Assembly (NCBI GenBank): GCA_964534745.1
Contig: CAZHQW010000003.1
Span: forward strand, 16,016-80,015
Length of the DNA: 64,000 nt
Reading direction: 5' to 3'
From: an uncultured Bacteroidales bacterium
GTDB taxonomy: Bacteria > Bacteroidota > Bacteroidia > Bacteroidales > UBA10428
The position numbers were made by a program, and so were the translations under genes. How positions within the stretch are numbered: the first letter of the stretch is position 1; the number at the start of each line of letters is the position of its first letter. The notes under the pieces were generated by a model, which was not told where the DNA came from, made no database searches, and saw nothing but the letters and a program-made list of their open reading frames with translations. Of this stretch, positions 37,395-49,547 are shown piece after piece.

Positions 37395-39149
37395 TTATTT
37401 TCCCTTCTCTTCGGCCTGTTTGATCTTTTTCATAATATCCAAATCATTATCAGAATATTTCAAAGCCTCATTCCAGTAAAATACAGCCTCTTTTGACCCA
37501 GACAGCTCATATAATATATCTCCATAGTGATCAAGAATCTCGCTGTTTTTATCTCCTCCATATTTCAGTGCCTTTTCAATATATTTTTTAGCTTTATTCT
37601 TTTCTCCCTTTCTAAATAATATCCATCCGTATGTGTCGAGGTAAGTATAATTCTTTGGTTCAACTTCAATTGTAAGCCTGCTTAATTCTTCTGCCTTTTT
37701 CAAATTTTCCTTGCGCAAAGCCAGGTAGTAACTGTAATTATTCCTTACCAGCAAATTACCCGGATCCATTTCAAGAACCTTCTCAAAACAGTTGTCCGAT
37801 TTCCTGAAATCGCCTACATTTCTGTATGCTTCTGCAAGGAAATTATAAAACTGCATTTCCTGTGTTTCGTCTTTTGCATACCTTATACCTTCCTCAAGTG
37901 TATTCACTGCTTCATCATTTATTCCTGTCTGTATCATCGCTATCCCCTTAAAAAGATAGAATACAGGCTCTTCTTTGAATATTTTTAAGGCCTGGGTGCT
38001 CTTGCTGATAACGCTATCAAACCTGCCCAGCGAATTTTCAATATACAGCAGCTGTTCCCATATTATGTAACTTTTATTATCTATTGCAAGTATTGAATTC
38101 AATTCATCTTCGGCCATCTCCAGTTCATCATTTCTTATATAAAAGTCCGCGCACAACGTCCTTACATTTACATTGTCATCGTATTTTTCTTTCATCGCTT
38201 CCACAAGCATGCCAATATACTTATTAAAATTGTTAAACACCGAATCGTCTTTTATAAACCTGACTATCAGCGAGATTTTAATGTCCACATCAATGTTGTC
38301 ATTATTTACGGCATCCTTATAATACTTGAAGGCCTTATCATATTCGTTTGTTGATCTCAGGAACTCTGCATATGAAAGTTGTGTTTTGTCATTTTCCGGA
38401 TCCTTAATCAGAAGCATATTGTAATACTTATGTGCCTCATCATAGTTTTTAATGTCGGCATAATACTCTGCCAGCAGTCCCAATAGATTATAATTTTCAG
38501 GATAATACTCAATGGCTTTCTTAAGCTCGGCTATTGCTTTATCCTGCCTTCCTGTTTTACTGTATATCTTATGTTTTGAAATTAATATATTCTCATTTTC
38601 CCCTATATTATCTTCTATGGTGTCAAGCATCAACAATGCTTTATCATATTTGCCCACTTCCTCATACATCAGGGCCAGCTTGTATTTCATATCCATATCT
38701 TTCGGATTTGTTATTACCAGTTTTTCGTATATGGATATGCTGCTGTCAATCTCATTCTTTAAGCTGTAAATATTTGCAAGGTGAAGCAAATACCATTTAT
38801 TGTTATCCTCATCATAATATACTGCACTATCTGCGTACTCTTCTGCCAAATCAATCTTTCCTGCATTCAGGTAAATGCTTGACAGCATATAATGTATTGC
38901 AGGGCTGTTTCGCTTATATAACAGGCACTCATTAAAATCTCTTATAGCCTGCCTGTATTGCCCGAAGATTGCATTTTTTGTAGCACTGGTAAATGCATAA
39001 TAATATTCATTATCATAAATTCCAGGCTCATCTCTTCCATGCTTTGATATCCTGGCCGTATCATTTACCCTGTAGCACCAAGCATTGCGCATAATTACCG
39101 CCAATCCTGCAACAAAACATAAATTAATTATCTTATTTTTCAATCCCAT
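37395..39149 (-). CDS. tetratricopeptide-repeat protein
   Basis: 584 aa of repeated 34-residue A/Y/L patterns (e.g. AIHYMLSSIYLNAGKIDLAEEYADSAV) with an N-terminal anchor. Confidence 0.8.
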   Translation of the reverse strand: MGLKNKIINLCFVAGLAVIMRNAWCYRVNDTARISKHGRDEPGIYDNEYYYAFTSATKNAIFGQYRQAIRDFNECLLYKRNSPAIHYMLSSIYLNAGKIDLAEEYADSAVYYDEDNNKWYLLHLANIYSLKNEIDSSISIYEKLVITNPKDMDMKYKLALMYEEVGKYDKALLMLDTIEDNIGENENILISKHKIYSKTGRQDKAIAELKKAIEYYPENYNLLGLLAEYYADIKNYDEAHKYYNMLLIKDPENDKTQLSYAEFLRSTNEYDKAFKYYKDAVNNDNIDVDIKISLIVRFIKDDSVFNNFNKYIGMLVEAMKEKYDDNVNVRTLCADFYIRNDELEMAEDELNSILAIDNKSYIIWEQLLYIENSLGRFDSVISKSTQALKIFKEEPVFYLFKGIAMIQTGINDEAVNTLEEGIRYAKDETQEMQFYNFLAEAYRNVGDFRKSDNCFEKVLEMDPGNLLVRNNYSYYLALRKENLKKAEELSRLTIEVEPKNYTYLDTYGWILFRKGEKNKAKKYIEKALKYGGDKNSEILDHYGDILYELSGSKEAVFYWNEALKYSDNDLDIMKKIKQAEEKGK

Positions 39150-39151
39150 GT

Positions 39152-40162
39152 TTACCTGATGTTTCTATAAATGCTGAAATCTCCAATACTAAGCTCTTCA
39201 TTACTTTTTATATACTCGACATTACTTCCTATTATGGACTGTGATGCCACTATTCCCTCAACCCTGGAGTTATCATATATTATTGTATTTGACAATATAC
39301 ATTTTGCTACTTCCGAGTTATTCTCTATTAGCACATAGGGCCCTATAATTGAATTGCTTATTTTAACATTTTCTCCAAGATAACAAGGAGGAATAATTTG
39401 TGTATTCATTATTTTAACGTTCTTTCCCTTAAGTTCTTTACTGTCCGTAAAGTCAAGTATCTTTGAGCTTGTTGCTATAAATGTGTTCTTATTACCGCAA
39501 TCGAGCCATTCCCTTACCGGTCCGATACTGAACTTCAATCCCTTATTTTTCAAGTTCTCAAGTACTGTTGTCAACTGGTATTCACCATCTACCATAATCT
39601 TGCCCCTTATAAGACTTTTTATCTCATTATTCAGCAAATCCCCGTTTTTAAAATAGTATAATCCTACGATTGCCTTATTTGAAATTTTTTCCTTTGGTTT
39701 TTCTATGAAGTCCGTCACTATATTTTGCTTATTTATTTTTACCACTCCGTAGTGTTGGGGATCTTTAACTTCATAAATCCATATTATAGCTTCATTTTCC
39801 TTGCCAACCTTAAAATCGGCCTTAAACAGCGTGTCTGCGAATGCTATAATAACTTCATTATTTAAAAGCTCATTCGCACAATATATTGCATGGGCAGTTC
39901 CCAGTGCTTCCTTTTGATAATATATTTTTCCGTGCGCATTTACATTTTTTGCAATACTAACCAGTTCATTTTCTACTTCCCTGCCAAAATCACCTATAAC
40001 AAATCCAATATTTTTTATTTTGCTGTCTATTGATTTTGCCAGTTCATCAATAAGCCTGTGAACAATTGCCTTTCCTGCAATTTTCATCAGTGGCTTCGGC
40101 ACAAACAGTGAATGAGGACGCATCCTCTTTCCAATACCTGCCATAGGGATAATTACATTCAT
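39152..40162 (-). CDS. sugar-phosphate nucleotidyltransferase with a C-terminal left-handed beta-helix
   Basis: N-terminal IIPMAGIGKRMRP...PKPLMKIAGK motif and C-terminal hexapeptide-like repeats. Confidence 0.8.
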   Translation of the reverse strand: MNVIIPMAGIGKRMRPHSLFVPKPLMKIAGKAIVHRLIDELAKSIDSKIKNIGFVIGDFGREVENELVSIAKNVNAHGKIYYQKEALGTAHAIYCANELLNNEVIIAFADTLFKADFKVGKENEAIIWIYEVKDPQHYGVVKINKQNIVTDFIEKPKEKISNKAIVGLYYFKNGDLLNNEIKSLIRGKIMVDGEYQLTTVLENLKNKGLKFSIGPVREWLDCGNKNTFIATSSKILDFTDSKELKGKNVKIMNTQIIPPCYLGENVKISNSIIGPYVLIENNSEVAKCILSNTIIYDNSRVEGIVASQSIIGSNVEYIKSNEELSIGDFSIYRNIR

Positions 40163-40180
40163 TTTTATTTATTTTAATTC

Positions 40181-40612
40181 TCATTTGCCAGTATGGCCAA
40201 ATCCTCCCTTTCCTCTCTCTGTCTGGTCCAATGACTGAACCAGCTCCCATTCAACCTTTTCATGCCTATTTATAATCATCTGGCAAATTCGTTCACCATC
40301 ATTAACAATATAAATTTTATCAGACAGATTTATCAGTATTGCACAAATTTCACCCCTGTAATCGGCATCTATAGTTCCCGGTGTATTTAATACCGATATC
40401 CCGTGCTTAATGGCCAATCCGCTTCTTGGCCTTATCTGGGCTTCATATCCCGGCGGCAGCTCAATAAACAATCCGGTTGGTATCAAAGCTCTTTCCAGGG
40501 GCTTAAGCCTTACAGGCTTATCAATATTTGCCATCAGATCCATTCCTGCAGAACTGCCTGTGCTGTATGCAGGAAGAGCATGCTTTGACTTACTGACTAT
40601 CTTTATCTTCAT
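40181..40612 (-). CDS. dut: dUTP diphosphatase
   Basis: Motifs [26 protein letters not shown] and [11 protein letters not shown]. The start overlaps the flippase 3' end by 23 nt. Confidence 0.95.
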   Translation of the reverse strand: MKIKIVSKSKHALPAYSTGSSAGMDLMANIDKPVRLKPLERALIPTGLFIELPPGYEAQIRPRSGLAIKHGISVLNTPGTIDADYRGEICAILINLSDKIYIVNDGERICQMIINRHEKVEWELVQSLDQTERGKGGFGHTGK

Positions 40613-42083
40613 AACCCTTTAAAAATACAGAAATAAGCTTCTCCCTTCTTTGTACAAAATAAACAAAAGGTATAAACAAAGCAGTACTTATTACAATATT
40701 AAATAACAGATTATCGGTTTTTACTAGAATATTTATAAAATAAACTGCCAGTCCGATTAAAATATAAAATACAATCCGTCTTATATCATAGTCAATCCTG
40801 TATAATTCCCTTCCCAGCAAATAAGAAAATACGAGCATAATAAAATTTGTTACCAGGTGCGCGTATGCACATGCTTTATAACTGTACCGCGGTATAAATA
40901 TTATATTCAGCACTATAGTAATTATTGCTCCTGTGCCAATAATCAAAGCCGCATATTGTGTTTTGCCCGACAGCTTATACCAGAAATTAATATTAAACAA
41001 AATGCCAAGCAGAATATTTGCAAACAATACAACTGGCACAATGCTTAGACCTTCATGAAATTTGGAGCTAATAAAATACTTAATAATGTCAATATAAAGA
41101 ACAATAAAAAGAAATATTATCATGCAAAATATTACAAAGTATTTTAAAATATTTCCGAATATTTCATTCGAATTCTTCTTCCTGTAATTGGAAAAGAAAA
41201 AAGGATCAGCTGCAAACCTGAACATCTGTATAAAAATAGTCATAAACACGGCGATTTTGTAATTTGCCCCGTAAATACCTATCTCATAAAGTTTATCATA
41301 TCCTTCTGAGAGGAAATGCCTGAGCAATATCCTGTCAATAGTCTCATTGAGAATTCCTGCCAGTCCCGCTACAAGCAAAGGGAATGAATATCCCAGTATC
41401 TTTGCGTACAGCCTAAAATCGAATTTTAATACAATTCTCCCAAGGTCAGCAAGCAACAATAAGCAAATAAGCATGCTTGTCAGCATATTGGCAAGAAGCA
41501 CGTACCCTACGCCTATCTCCCTGTTATAAACCACATTAATCCATTTTGCGCTGTAAGCTTCCGAAATACGGGGCATCACCTCCAGGAAAAACATTATTAG
41601 CAATATATTTATAACTACTCCCAGTACTTTATATACTGCAAATTTCATCACCTTCTCCTGCATTCTAAGCCGGGCATAGAATATGGAACTGAAAGCATCA
41701 AGGCCTATTATTACGGCCATCCATTTTATATATTCTCTGCTGCCGCCATACCCCATTATTGTTGATATTTTACCTATAAACACGAAAACAAGCACAACAA
41801 ATAATGAGGACGTGGTAAATAATGATATGGCAGAAATAGTGAAAATATCGCTGCTTTTTTCCCTGTCAGCCGTAAATTTAAAATAACCCGTCTCCATTCC
41901 GTACGTTAGAATTACAAGCAATACTGCAACATATGCATATAATTCCGTTATTATACCATATTCCCTGACCTCGAATCTATAGGTGTAATAAGGCGTTAGT
42001 ATGGCATAATTCAAAAATCTCGGTATTATGGAGCCCAGTCCATAAATTAAAGTCTGTCCCCCTAATTTTCTGTATGGATTCAA
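40590..42083 (-). CDS. MOP-superfamily polysaccharide/oligosaccharide flippase
   Basis: 497 aa with about 14 helices, and a Wzx/polysaccharide-biosynthesis-protein-like N-terminus ([20 protein letters not shown]). Confidence 0.8.
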   Translation of the reverse strand: MNPYRKLGGQTLIYGLGSIIPRFLNYAILTPYYTYRFEVREYGIITELYAYVAVLLVILTYGMETGYFKFTADREKSSDIFTISAISLFTTSSLFVVLVFVFIGKISTIMGYGGSREYIKWMAVIIGLDAFSSIFYARLRMQEKVMKFAVYKVLGVVINILLIMFFLEVMPRISEAYSAKWINVVYNREIGVGYVLLANMLTSMLICLLLLADLGRIVLKFDFRLYAKILGYSFPLLVAGLAGILNETIDRILLRHFLSEGYDKLYEIGIYGANYKIAVFMTIFIQMFRFAADPFFFSNYRKKNSNEIFGNILKYFVIFCMIIFLFIVLYIDIIKYFISSKFHEGLSIVPVVLFANILLGILFNINFWYKLSGKTQYAALIIGTGAIITIVLNIIFIPRYSYKACAYAHLVTNFIMLVFSYLLGRELYRIDYDIRRIVFYILIGLAVYFINILVKTDNLLFNIVISTALFIPFVYFVQRREKLISVFLKGYEDKDSQ

Positions 42084-42144
42084 TTTTCCCTGCTGATTAT
42101 TAAAACATAATACAATTTAGTCCTTACAATTTTATATCTATTCT

Positions 42145-42152
42145 TAAATTTG
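42145..42152 (+). promoter_or_regulatory. Bacteroidota -7 promoter box (TAAATTTG) upstream of the cyclophilin gene
   Basis: Exact TAnnTTTG match. The TTG start at 42150 in the ORF track lies inside this box, so the ATG at 42183 is preferred. Confidence 0.45.
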
Positions 42153-42182
42153 TATTTTCGGACAATTATAAATAGTAATACA

Positions 42183-42860
42183 ATGAACAGGGTAGTAAAA
42201 TTATATTATTCTTTGTTTTTCGCTCTTATTTTAATTAACAATATTTCCATTAATGCACAAATAGCTGATGTTCCTATTGTTGAAATTGAGACCCCTTACG
42301 GCAATATCAGGTTGAAGTTATATAACGAGACTCCTTTTCACCAGGAAAACTTCCTGGAACTAGTATCCCAAAAGTATTATGATGATCAGATCTTTCACCG
42401 TGTGATCAAAGGATTTATGATTCAGGCAGGTGATCCTGATTCCAGGAATGCCATACCCGGACAGGCGCTTGGGCGTGGAGGTCCCGGTTATACCATACCT
42501 GCTGAATTTAACAAGGATCTCTTTCATAAAAAGGGAGCGCTGGCTGCTGCCAGGCTTCCTGACAATGTTAATCCCCGCAAAGAGTCCTCGGGCTCTCAGT
42601 TTTATATAGTCCAGGGCAGGAAATATACTCCGGCCGAGCTTGACCAGATGGAACGCAACGGTTATCACATACAGTTTACCGATGAACAGAGAAAAGCTTA
42701 TACTACAATAGGCGGCACTCCTCATCTCGACTATGACTATACGGTATTCGGAGAGGTTATTGACGGCCTCGATGTTGTGGATAAAATAGCGTCTGTCAAA
42801 AAAGATAGCCGTGACAGGCCGCTGACAGATATAAAGATTAAAATAAGGCGTATTAATTAA
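42183..42860 (+). CDS. cyclophilin-type peptidyl-prolyl cis-trans isomerase, secreted
   Basis: Signal peptide, then FHRVIKGFMIQAGDP and SGSQFYIV cyclophilin blocks. Confidence 0.9.
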   Translation: MNRVVKLYYSLFFALILINNISINAQIADVPIVEIETPYGNIRLKLYNETPFHQENFLELVSQKYYDDQIFHRVIKGFMIQAGDPDSRNAIPGQALGRGGPGYTIPAEFNKDLFHKKGALAAARLPDNVNPRKESSGSQFYIVQGRKYTPAELDQMERNGYHIQFTDEQRKAYTTIGGTPHLDYDYTVFGEVIDGLDVVDKIASVKKDSRDRPLTDIKIKIRRIN

Positions 42861-42882
42861 CCACACTTGAACCCCTATTACT

Positions 42883-43905
42883 ATGACAGACCTTATTGAC
42901 GGTTATATTAAAGAAATTGAGGCTTTTCAATCTTACAGCCATGACGAAATTGAGAATTTCAGGATTAAATATCTCAGCAAAAAAGGCATTGTCCCCTCAT
43001 TATTTGAACAGCTTAAAAATATTCCTCCTGATCAGAAGAAGGTGATCGGACAGAAAATAAATGCCCTGAAGAATAAGGCACTGGACAAGTTAGCAGCTCT
43101 CAGGGAACAGTCGCTGCGGTCAGAAGAAAAGCCCCTGATAAACGACCTTACATCTCCGCCGGAAGTTATTCCCCTGGGAGCAAGGCATCCTGTCTCCATT
43201 GTACGCAGGCAGATAATTGATATTTTCTCAAGGATCGGATTTACCGTAGAAGAAGGGCCCGAGATTGAAGATGACTGGCATGTTTTTTCCGGACTTAATT
43301 TTCCTGAAGAGCATCCTGCAAGGGATATGCAGGATACTTTTTTTATTGAATTGAATCCTGATATACTGCTGCGCACCCACACATCGTCTGTACAGGTAAG
43401 GGTTATGGAAAACAGCCGCCCTCCTGTCAGAAAAATATTTCCCGGCCGTGTATTCCGCAACGAAGTTGTCTCTGCCAGAGCTCATTGCATATTTCACCAG
43501 GTTGAGGGACTTTATATTGATAAAAATGTATCTTTTACTGATCTTAAGCAGACACTGCTGTTTTTTGCCAAGGAGATGTTTGGCGAGGCTACACGTATAA
43601 GGCTCAGACCTGCATTTTTCCCTTTTACCGAGCCATCGGCAGAAATGGATATTTCCTGCTCCATATGTGGCGGAAAAGGATGTAATATTTGTAAGTATAC
43701 AGGTTTCGTGGAGATCCTGGGTTGTGGCATGGTCGATCCCAATGTACTTGAAGCATCGGACATAAGCAGCACAGAATATACTGGTTTTGCTTTCGGTATG
43801 GGTATTGAACGTGTTGCCATGTTAAAGTATCATATTAATGATCTCAGATTGTTTTTTGAAAATGACGTCAGGTTTCTGAATCAGTTTAAAGGAGACATCA
43901 CTTGA
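42883..43905 (+). CDS. pheS: phenylalanine--tRNA ligase alpha subunit
   Basis: Class II motifs (FPGRVFRNE; GFAFGMGIERVAM); 340 aa. Confidence 0.97.
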   Translation: MTDLIDGYIKEIEAFQSYSHDEIENFRIKYLSKKGIVPSLFEQLKNIPPDQKKVIGQKINALKNKALDKLAALREQSLRSEEKPLINDLTSPPEVIPLGARHPVSIVRRQIIDIFSRIGFTVEEGPEIEDDWHVFSGLNFPEEHPARDMQDTFFIELNPDILLRTHTSSVQVRVMENSRPPVRKIFPGRVFRNEVVSARAHCIFHQVEGLYIDKNVSFTDLKQTLLFFAKEMFGEATRIRLRPAFFPFTEPSAEMDISCSICGGKGCNICKYTGFVEILGCGMVDPNVLEASDISSTEYTGFAFGMGIERVAMLKYHINDLRLFFENDVRFLNQFKGDIT

Positions 43906-45081
43906 TTGTCAGATATTATAACTGCGAGCATGCTGCATGTAATATCCAATATAATACAGCTGATATTTGTAATGCTATTTCCTGCTTTTGCCATTATTCT
44001 CTGCAGATGCTCAAAAGTATTTAAATTTATCAGCCCCATTATCATTTGCTATCTTGCCGGGATAATTACGGGCAACACCTTGCAGGAATGGCTAAATAAA
44101 GAGATGCTGACTACAACATACGAACTGAGTGTATGCCTGGCAATACCTGTTCTTTTATTTTCCTCAAATTTCTTCAGGTGGCTTGAGCATTCCCGTGTTA
44201 CTTTCCTGTCATTTATCTTTGCTGTTTTATCCGTTGTTGCAGGCTCTGTTATTACTTTTTATATTTTCAGGCATAATATCCCTGGTGCCAATAAAATCTC
44301 AGGCATGCTCATCGGTGTATATACAGGAGGCACTCCCAATATGAGTGCAATCGGACTGGCATTAGATGTTGAAGAAGAAATATTTCTCCTTTTAAACAGT
44401 GCCGATATCTTCTTCTGCGCGTTTTATTTCATATTTATTATAACTGCTGCCAAAAAGTTCTTTGGCCTCTTCCTGCCTGCCTACAAGCCTTATGAATCAC
44501 CCGGAGCCAATGTTTCAGGCCCTGCCGCTGACACAAAGACCATAAGCCCCGGAAAACGCATATTAACTGTATTTATCTCAATTATACTCTCCTCGTTAAT
44601 ACTGGCCGCCGCCTTTGCCATATCTCTGCTTTTCTGGCGCAAAATAGTCACCCCTGTAATAATACTGGTAATAACAACACTGGGAATAGCATTTTCCCTT
44701 TCAAAAAAAATATACACACTTGAAGGTACTTTTGATACAGCTGAGTACCTTCTTCTTATATTTGCCGTTGCCGTAGGTACAATGGCTGATTTCACTGAGC
44801 TGCTCGCTTCAAGTTCGGTAATCTTTTACTACCTGGGGACCATGCTTGGTATTTCAATTATCCTTCATATTGTTCTCGCCGCAATCTTTCGCATTGACAC
44901 CGACACATTAATAATAACATCCACTGCCGGAATATTCGGACCGGCTTTTATCGGTCCGGTTGCCGACGGTATCCGAAACAGGCAGGTAATAGTGCCCGGA
45001 ATAACAATGGGTCTTCTTGGATATGCTATTGGAAATTACCTTGGACTGGCTGTTTCTTTCCTGTTAAAACAACAGCTGTGA
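43906..45081 (+). CDS. DUF819-like polytopic membrane protein
   Basis: 391 aa with about 11 helices and a [14 protein letters not shown] segment resembling DUF819. The start is uncertain: TTG at 43906 or ATG at 43930. Confidence 0.6.
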   Translation: MSDIITASMLHVISNIIQLIFVMLFPAFAIILCRCSKVFKFISPIIICYLAGIITGNTLQEWLNKEMLTTTYELSVCLAIPVLLFSSNFFRWLEHSRVTFLSFIFAVLSVVAGSVITFYIFRHNIPGANKISGMLIGVYTGGTPNMSAIGLALDVEEEIFLLLNSADIFFCAFYFIFIITAAKKFFGLFLPAYKPYESPGANVSGPAADTKTISPGKRILTVFISIILSSLILAAAFAISLLFWRKIVTPVIILVITTLGIAFSLSKKIYTLEGTFDTAEYLLLIFAVAVGTMADFTELLASSSVIFYYLGTMLGISIILHIVLAAIFRIDTDTLIITSTAGIFGPAFIGPVADGIRNRQVIVPGITMGLLGYAIGNYLGLAVSFLLKQQL

Positions 45082-46086
45082 TTCGCCGTACCTTGATTTT
45101 CCAAGATGCCTGTATGCTATCTCTGTTACCTCCCTTCCCCGTGGAGTGCGCTTAATAAATCCCTCCTTGATAAGAAAGGGCTCATATACCTCTTCAATAG
45201 TCCCCGGATCCTCTCCCACCGCTGTACCTATAGTATTTAATCCCACGGGGCCTCCCTTGAATTTATCAATTATCGTAACCAGTATCTTGTTATCCATCTC
45301 ATCCAGCCCCCGTTTATCAATATTCAAAGCCTCAAGGGCATACCTGGCTATTTTCATGTCTATAATACCTTTACCTTTTACCTGGGCAAAGTCTCTGACT
45401 CTCCTTAACAGGGCATTGGCTATTCTAGGTGTCCCTCTTGAACGCTGTGCTATTTCTTTTGCTGCCTGTTCTTCAATCTTTATATTGAGAATCCCTGATG
45501 AGCGGAGAATTATCAGGTACAGAATATCCTCATCATAATACTCAAGATGCGATCTTATGCCAAACCTCGCCCTAAGGGGACTGGTCAGCAGTCCGGCTCT
45601 TGTTGTTGCGCCTATCAGCGTAAACGGATTTAAAGTCAGCTGTATGGACCTTGCACCCGGTCCCTTGTCAATAACAAGGTCAATCTTATAATCCTCCATT
45701 GCCGAATACAAATATTCTTCTATTGTTGCATTAAGCCTGTGTATCTCATCTATAAACAGTACGTCATTCTCTTCAAGGTTTGTCAGTATTCCAGCCAGGT
45801 CCCCTGCTTTTTCAAGTACAGGTCCGGATGTTGTCTTAATGCCAGAGTTTAATTCGTTGGCTATGATGATGGCGAGAGTTGTCTTACCCAAGCCAGGGGG
45901 TCCGGATAAAAGAATATGATCCAGGGCCTCATTTCTCATTTTAGCTGCTTTCACAAACACTTTAAGGTTCTCGACTATCTTATCCTGTCCCTTAAATTCA
46001 TTAAATTCATGGGGCCTGAGTTTTTTCTCATATTCCTTTTCGGCTTCGCTTATTTTTTCATTCCTGATATTTAAAATATCATCCAT
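45064..46086 (-). CDS. ruvB: Holliday junction branch migration helicase
   Basis: Walker [10 protein letters not shown], Walker [10 protein letters not shown] and sensor ATTRAG; 340 aa. Confidence 0.97.
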   Translation of the reverse strand: MDDILNIRNEKISEAEKEYEKKLRPHEFNEFKGQDKIVENLKVFVKAAKMRNEALDHILLSGPPGLGKTTLAIIIANELNSGIKTTSGPVLEKAGDLAGILTNLEENDVLFIDEIHRLNATIEEYLYSAMEDYKIDLVIDKGPGARSIQLTLNPFTLIGATTRAGLLTSPLRARFGIRSHLEYYDEDILYLIILRSSGILNIKIEEQAAKEIAQRSRGTPRIANALLRRVRDFAQVKGKGIIDMKIARYALEALNIDKRGLDEMDNKILVTIIDKFKGGPVGLNTIGTAVGEDPGTIEEVYEPFLIKEGFIKRTPRGREVTEIAYRHLGKSRYGESQLLF

Positions 46087-46097
46087 AAAAGGTTTTT

Positions 46098-47666
46098 CTA
46101 TTTTATAAGTTTTATATTATCATCCTGCAGATCAACCTTCACTCCGTTAATTCTTGCTTCCCTGTTGTCCTGATAAGTAATGGTAATCAGTAAATTACCA
46201 TATCTGTCATACTTTTTCCAGTTCTTCTCCTTTATGCCCATTGTAAAAAACTGCTCCTCCTTTAATACCCCGTTATCATAAAAATATCTGTGCTTACCGT
46301 CAGGATTTCCCTGAATATATTCTCCTTCAAATTTAAGAATATTGCCGGGATAATAATGTTTCCACTTCCCGTCCTTTAATCCGCCGATGTATGAGCCTAT
46401 TTCAATCTCATCGCCTACATTATAATACCATTCCCCCTCCTTTTCACCGTCAAAATACTCGCCTTTTGTGATAACTTCACCTGTTACATCATATTCAACA
46501 AACATTCCTTCTTCCCTGCCGTTATAATACTCCTCCTCCCTTTTAACCTGTCCGCTTTCATAATACCATACCCATTTCCCGTTAAGCCTGCCATTTTCAA
46601 ATTCTCCTGTCTGCTCTATTTCACCATTTTTATAATAGAACACCCATTTCCCCTGCTGCGTGTTATTCCGGTATTCACCTTCTGATTTGAGCTCTCCTGT
46701 GGGGTAAAAATTTTTCCAGTATCCTGTTTTGTTTCCCTCCTTGTCAACTACTCCCTCAGATATTTTTTCCCCGTTATCGTTGTAAATATATGCATTTATT
46801 ACATTTCCGCTTATATCATATTTGCGGTGTATACCAATGGGTTTAAAATTCCTGAAAGCCCCGCTATAAGTTATATTACCGTCTTCATCATATTCACTTT
46901 TTATTTCAACATCTTCTGCTTCGATATTATCATCCTGTACAATCTTACCCCCTTCGTACTTTAAAAGCAAAGTCAGGTTACCATTCTCATCATATTCTTT
47001 ATACAGGCCATCAATTTTATCATCCTTGTATTCAACTTCCTTTTTCTCTTTATTGTCGCTGTAAAATTCTTTCCACACTCCCTGTTTTAATCCATTCTCA
47101 TCAGTCCTGTTTATCTTTTCCCTTTCTGCAAGATTTCCCTTGACATAGTGCAATATGGTTATTATTGTCCCTGATTCGTCATATTCAAAAGCTATTCCAT
47201 CCCTCCTGTTGCTTTTATACTCAACTATACTCTTAATCTTTCCGCTATTATAATAATAAAAAGAAGTACCCTCCTTCATGTCGTTTATATACAGCTCCTT
47301 TGCTATTATGTTTCCTATATATTCGATGTTGTCCGTGCGGTCGGTATTATATGTCAGCATATACCCCGTTCTCTTACCCATGATATAGTTAATTTTCTTT
47401 GCCGTGTCACCAAAGTTATTGTAGAAGATCCATGTGCTGTCAAGCATATGATTTTTCCTGTTGCCTTCGGACTTCAATACGCCGGTCATGTAATAAGTTT
47501 TCCAGAATCCTTCAGGCTTGCCGTTTCTCATCATCCCTTCACTTGATACCTTACCGTTTCTGTAATATAAAATATTGTAACCGTCCTGCACAATTTCCTG
47601 CTGGGTCCAGGAAATAAAAAATTTGTTCAAAGCAAGTATTAAAAGAATATATCTGTAATATTTCAT
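46098..47666 (-). CDS. secreted MORN-variant (YwqK-type) repeat protein
   Basis: Signal peptide followed by about 18 tandem G-x-x-x-G-x-W-x-x-Y-Y-x-x-G repeats. Confidence 0.75.
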   Translation of the reverse strand: MKYYRYILLILALNKFFISWTQQEIVQDGYNILYYRNGKVSSEGMMRNGKPEGFWKTYYMTGVLKSEGNRKNHMLDSTWIFYNNFGDTAKKINYIMGKRTGYMLTYNTDRTDNIEYIGNIIAKELYINDMKEGTSFYYYNSGKIKSIVEYKSNRRDGIAFEYDESGTIITILHYVKGNLAEREKINRTDENGLKQGVWKEFYSDNKEKKEVEYKDDKIDGLYKEYDENGNLTLLLKYEGGKIVQDDNIEAEDVEIKSEYDEDGNITYSGAFRNFKPIGIHRKYDISGNVINAYIYNDNGEKISEGVVDKEGNKTGYWKNFYPTGELKSEGEYRNNTQQGKWVFYYKNGEIEQTGEFENGRLNGKWVWYYESGQVKREEEYYNGREEGMFVEYDVTGEVITKGEYFDGEKEGEWYYNVGDEIEIGSYIGGLKDGKWKHYYPGNILKFEGEYIQGNPDGKHRYFYDNGVLKEEQFFTMGIKEKNWKKYDRYGNLLITITYQDNREARINGVKVDLQDDNIKLIK

Positions 47667-47670
47667 AATG

Positions 47671-48675
47671 CTAAAGTCCTATTTTTTCAGAAATTTCAAG
47701 CATTTTTAATATGGGTTTTTTCGCTTTTACCCTTAATTTTTCATCCAGCGTTATTTCGGGAAGCTCATATTTCATGCATACATATATCTTTTTAAGCGTA
47801 TTTAATTTCATAAAATTACATTCACTGCAACCGCATGTCGAATCCCTGGGTGGGGCGGGGATGAATGTTTTACCGGGGCTTGCCTTCTTCATCTGGTGTA
47901 TTATGCCGGGTTCAGTGGCAACTATATATTTATCAGCATTATCACTTACCGTATATTTCAATAGTGACGATGTAGAACCTATATGGTCTGCCATTAAAAG
48001 TACAGGTTTTTCACATTCCGGATGTGCTATAATTTTTGCATCGGGATTTACCTTCTTAAGCTCAGTAATTCTTTCCACAGAAAACTCCTCGTGCACATGG
48101 CACGCGCCGTTCCATATGACCATATCTCTTCCTGTCAGGCTTTTTATATAATTACCCAGATTCTTATCAGGAGCAAACACAATCTTTGTATCGCGTGGCA
48201 AATAGTTGATTATATGCAATGCATTGCTTGATGTGCATATTATGTCCGACAGTGCTTTAATCTCAGCAGTGGTATTTATGTAACTTATAACCGTATGATC
48301 GGGGTATTTTTCAATAAATTTTCTGAATTCTTCAGGGGGACATGAATCTGCAAGAGAGCATCCCGCATTTAAATCAGGAACAATAACCTTCTTCTCCGGA
48401 GATAAAATTTTTGCTGTCTCTGCCATAAAATGTACTCCTGCGAATACAATAATATCAGCACGGGTATTGGCTGCCTTTCTTGACAGGTCAAGGCTGTCGC
48501 CGACAAAATCCGCTATATCCTGTATTTTATCATCCTGGTAATAATGTGCAAGTATAACGGCATTTTTTTCTTTCCTCAGCTTGTCTATTTCTGCCGTTAA
48601 ATCAATTTCTTCAGGTACCTCTGCGTTCAGATATCCAAAATCCTTCAAATCCTTTTTATTAACATCATAATTCAT
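47671..48675 (-). CDS. nadA: quinolinate synthase
   Basis: [21 protein letters not shown] and the cysteine ligand regions (GCSLADSC; NGACHVHE). Confidence 0.95.
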   Translation of the reverse strand: MNYDVNKKDLKDFGYLNAEVPEEIDLTAEIDKLRKEKNAVILAHYYQDDKIQDIADFVGDSLDLSRKAANTRADIIVFAGVHFMAETAKILSPEKKVIVPDLNAGCSLADSCPPEEFRKFIEKYPDHTVISYINTTAEIKALSDIICTSSNALHIINYLPRDTKIVFAPDKNLGNYIKSLTGRDMVIWNGACHVHEEFSVERITELKKVNPDAKIIAHPECEKPVLLMADHIGSTSSLLKYTVSDNADKYIVATEPGIIHQMKKASPGKTFIPAPPRDSTCGCSECNFMKLNTLKKIYVCMKYELPEITLDEKLRVKAKKPILKMLEISEKIGL

Positions 48676-49068
48676 TAATATGTTTTTAGATTATTTATAT
48701 TATTTTATTTTATATGCTGTTAATTGTGTTTATAAAATTATTATGTTTTTCTTGTTTTTTAATTAATTAAAAAATTGTTAAATGATTTTCAACAGCCTTT
48801 ATTATAATTAATTTTTGATTTTAACCCAATTATATACTTTTTAACAAGTTGTTAATTAGTACTGGTATGTAAAAATAATCAGTTTTTTTAAAACGATATT
48901 TTGTTTAAATAATGTTAGGTTTCAGATAAGAATTTCTAAAAAAAATATTTTTATTTTTTAAAACAATTTATATACAAATTCCGTGCAGCACAAGTCAAGT
49001 TTTTTTATCAATTTTAACCTTCAATGATCTAACAATAATTTAACAGTAATGTTAATAATATAATATTA

Positions 49069-49076
49069 TATATTTG
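49069..49076 (+). promoter_or_regulatory. Bacteroidota -7 promoter box (TATATTTG) upstream of rpiB
   Basis: Exact TAnnTTTG match 29 nt upstream of the ATG at 49105. Confidence 0.5.
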
Positions 49077-49104
49077 CCATTAAGTAATATTATGAATTGA
49101 AAGA

Positions 49105-49545
49105 ATGAAAATTGCCATAGCAAGTGATCACGCAGGGTTTGAGCTGAAGAAAGAACTGACAGGGTACCTTGGGAAAAAGGGTTATACTGTTAAGGATTTT
49201 GGTTCGCATACCCCTGACAATGTTGATTATCCTGATTATGCACATATTCTTGCCGAGGCAGTTGCAAACGGTGATTTTGATTACGGGATATCACTCTGCG
49301 GCTCGGGAAATGGAATAAACATGACAGTCAACAAACATCAGGGAATAAGGTCAGCATTATGCTGGAATGTAGAGATTGCGGAACTGGCAAGAAGACATAA
49401 TGATGCCAATGTCTGTGCGCTTCCTGCAAGGTTTATTTCTATCAGCGAGGCAACAGGCATAGTGGACAGGTTTCTGGGCACTCCTTTTGACGGAGGGAGG
49501 CATAAGAGGCGTGTTGATAAGATACCTCTTAAAGGTAACGGGTAA
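49105..49545 (+). CDS. rpiB: ribose 5-phosphate isomerase B
   Basis: MKIAIASDHAGFELK and LCGSGNGINMTVNK (RpiB/LacA family); 146 aa. Confidence 0.92.
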   Translation: MKIAIASDHAGFELKKELTGYLGKKGYTVKDFGSHTPDNVDYPDYAHILAEAVANGDFDYGISLCGSGNGINMTVNKHQGIRSALCWNVEIAELARRHNDANVCALPARFISISEATGIVDRFLGTPFDGGRHKRRVDKIPLKGNG

Positions 49546-49547
49546 CG

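Noticed and set aside
40047-40250. 67-aa ORF spanning the nucleotidyltransferase-dut junction
   Set aside because: It overlaps the 5' end of one real gene and the 3' end of another on the same strand, in a different frame. It has no motif support.
42150-42182. TTG start at 42150 proposed by the ORF track for the cyclophilin gene
   Set aside because: That TTG is part of the TAAATTTG -7 promoter box (42145-42152). The ATG at 42183 yields a normal signal peptide (MNRVVKLYYSLFFALILI...).
42360-42866. 168-aa ORF antisense to the cyclophilin gene, plus similar antisense ORFs in pheS (43032-43820) and nadA (47711-48231)
   Set aside because: In each case the opposite strand encodes a highly conserved housekeeping protein, and the antisense products show no motifs.
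45064-45081. 18-nt convergent overlap of the DUF819-like gene and ruvB
   Set aside because: Short 3'-3' overlaps are common in compact genomes, and both frames read through to sensible C-termini. It is not evidence of recoding.
46098-47666. MORN-variant/YwqK repeat protein as a possible antitoxin of a toxin-antitoxin or polymorphic-toxin system
   Set aside because: The 'YwqK antitoxin' label is a family-name carry-over. This protein is 522 aa with a signal peptide, and it has no adjacent toxin-like gene (its neighbours are ruvB and nadA).
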